Origin: Adineta vaga
Taxonomy: Eukaryota; Animalia; Rotifera
Direction: 5' to 3'
DNA: 64,000 nt
Assembly (NCBI GenBank): GCA_021613535.1
Contig: CP075492.1
Location: 15,996,001-16,060,000, forward strand
Part shown: positions 63,101 to 64,000 of the stretch, in pieces
Numbering within the stretch: the first letter of the stretch is position 1
Layout of the letters: each line of letters begins with the position of its first letter
Notes under the pieces: model-generated
What the model saw: the letters and a program-made list of their open reading frames with translations, nothing else
Database searches by the model: none
What the model was told of the DNA's origin: nothing
Translations under genes and position numbers: made by a program

Positions 63101-64000
63101 ATGGTTGCATTTAATACTACTAACTCAACTTCAATCATTACTGAATCATGGTTTATTCCTTTGGATCTTCTACCAATGTTTGCTCTTATCTTAACCATGA
63201 TCTTCGACTGTCTTTTTCTCCTTATAATTATTTTCGATAAAACTTGCCATACAATACAAATGATGTTTATTGCTTACACATGTTTAACTCAATTTCTTAC
63301 AAGTGTTAATTTATTTTTGGTCTATGTCTTTCGACTGCAACATGATCTACAACACTTACAATATTACGATTCTTTCTGCATGTTTCGAGGTTATTTTACT
63401 CCTGCATCATGTGGTATGATGATATATTCATTTACATTACAAACATTTCATCGATATATGACTGCTGTTTATCCAACTCGTTTATTTTGGCAATCGATTC
63501 GAACACAATTATGTCTCATATGTATATCATTCATCTTTTGTTTATTATTTCCTTTCATTGCTTTATTTACTGGTCACATTGTTTATAATGTTGACAATCA
63601 AAATTGTGAAATCCTCTTTTCATGGAATTTTCCTGTCATTTGGATAGCATCTTGTACTTATATATTACCTGTTTCAATGATTATATTTCTATATTTTCGA
63701 TTGATATTTTATGTAAAATCAATTAAGAATACTGCGATACCTGCAAATATTTTACATCGAGCACGGCAAGAATTGAAAATGGTAAAACAAATCGTTATAC
63801 TTATAATAATGCTCTTAATATTTGGTATTCCATATGTATCATTTATATTCATGTCATTTTTTACAAATCCTCCAAAGTATCATTATCGAATTTCACATGT
63901 ATTTACTATAGTTCCATATCCACTACTTCTTATAACACTATTCTATTTCACTGAACCATTGAAAAATTCTATAAAAAATTTTTTTCTTAGACGAAAAAAT
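63101..64000 (+). CDS. Rhodopsin-like GPCR, single exon, 3' end beyond the window (absent from the ORF track)
   Basis: Open from ATG 63101 to the window end: DKTCHT..MM, C.FRGY, Q..HRY...VYP, IVYNVDNQ.C, R..QELKMV; seven TM segments. Confidence 0.88.
   Translation, partial: MVAFNTTNSTSIITESWFIPLDLLPMFALILTMIFDCLFLLIIIFDKTCHTIQMMFIAYTCLTQFLTSVNLFLVYVFRLQHDLQHLQYYDSFCMFRGYFTPASCGMMIYSFTLQTFHRYMTAVYPTRLFWQSIRTQLCLICISFIFCLLFPFIALFTGHIVYNVDNQNCEILFSWNFPVIWIASCTYILPVSMIIFLYFRLIFYVKSIKNTAIPANILHRARQELKMVKQIVILIIMLLIFGIPYVSFIFMSFFTNPPKYHYRISHVFTIVPYPLLLITLFYFTEPLKNSIKNFFLRRKN

Noticed and set aside
1-64000. Bacterial contig or contamination as the source of the microbial-type genes
   Set aside because: They are interleaved with metazoan genes, share the host AT bias, and several have spliceosomal introns. 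No rRNA, tRNA or operon structure was recognised.

Overview
Very AT-rich eukaryotic DNA with ~50-70 nt GT-AG introns. The gene families (LDLa/EGF-GPCR, F-box/LRR, NHL, TIR-NACHT-HEAT, a multi-Cys membrane repeat family) and the many microbial-type genes point to a bdelloid rotifer (Adineta/Rotaria-like); this is inferred from family resemblance, not a search. About 20 genes or pseudogenes are present. Microbial-type genes: YihY/BrkB, acyltransferase-3, bulb lectin, bacterial-type Kelch, ceramidase, PAN+DUF2807, DUF4476, Sulfotransfer_4, fungal-type SDR, PAN+CVNH. Others: a CBM2-GH9 lacking all catalytic residues, a disrupted TIR-NACHT-HEAT gene with a MULE just upstream, and an ARM-TIR-SAM protein with lipidation motifs at both ends. 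Structure: a ~7.7 kb gene palindrome (one lectin copy intact, one with a nonsense codon), hAT and MULE remnants, MITE-like foldbacks, and dispersed mini-hairpins built from inverted telomere-like (GGGTGT)n repeats. Main hypothesis: a glycan-sensing/defence region where foreign domains were grafted onto host anchor/stalk or secretory exons. Exon boundaries were read by eye.
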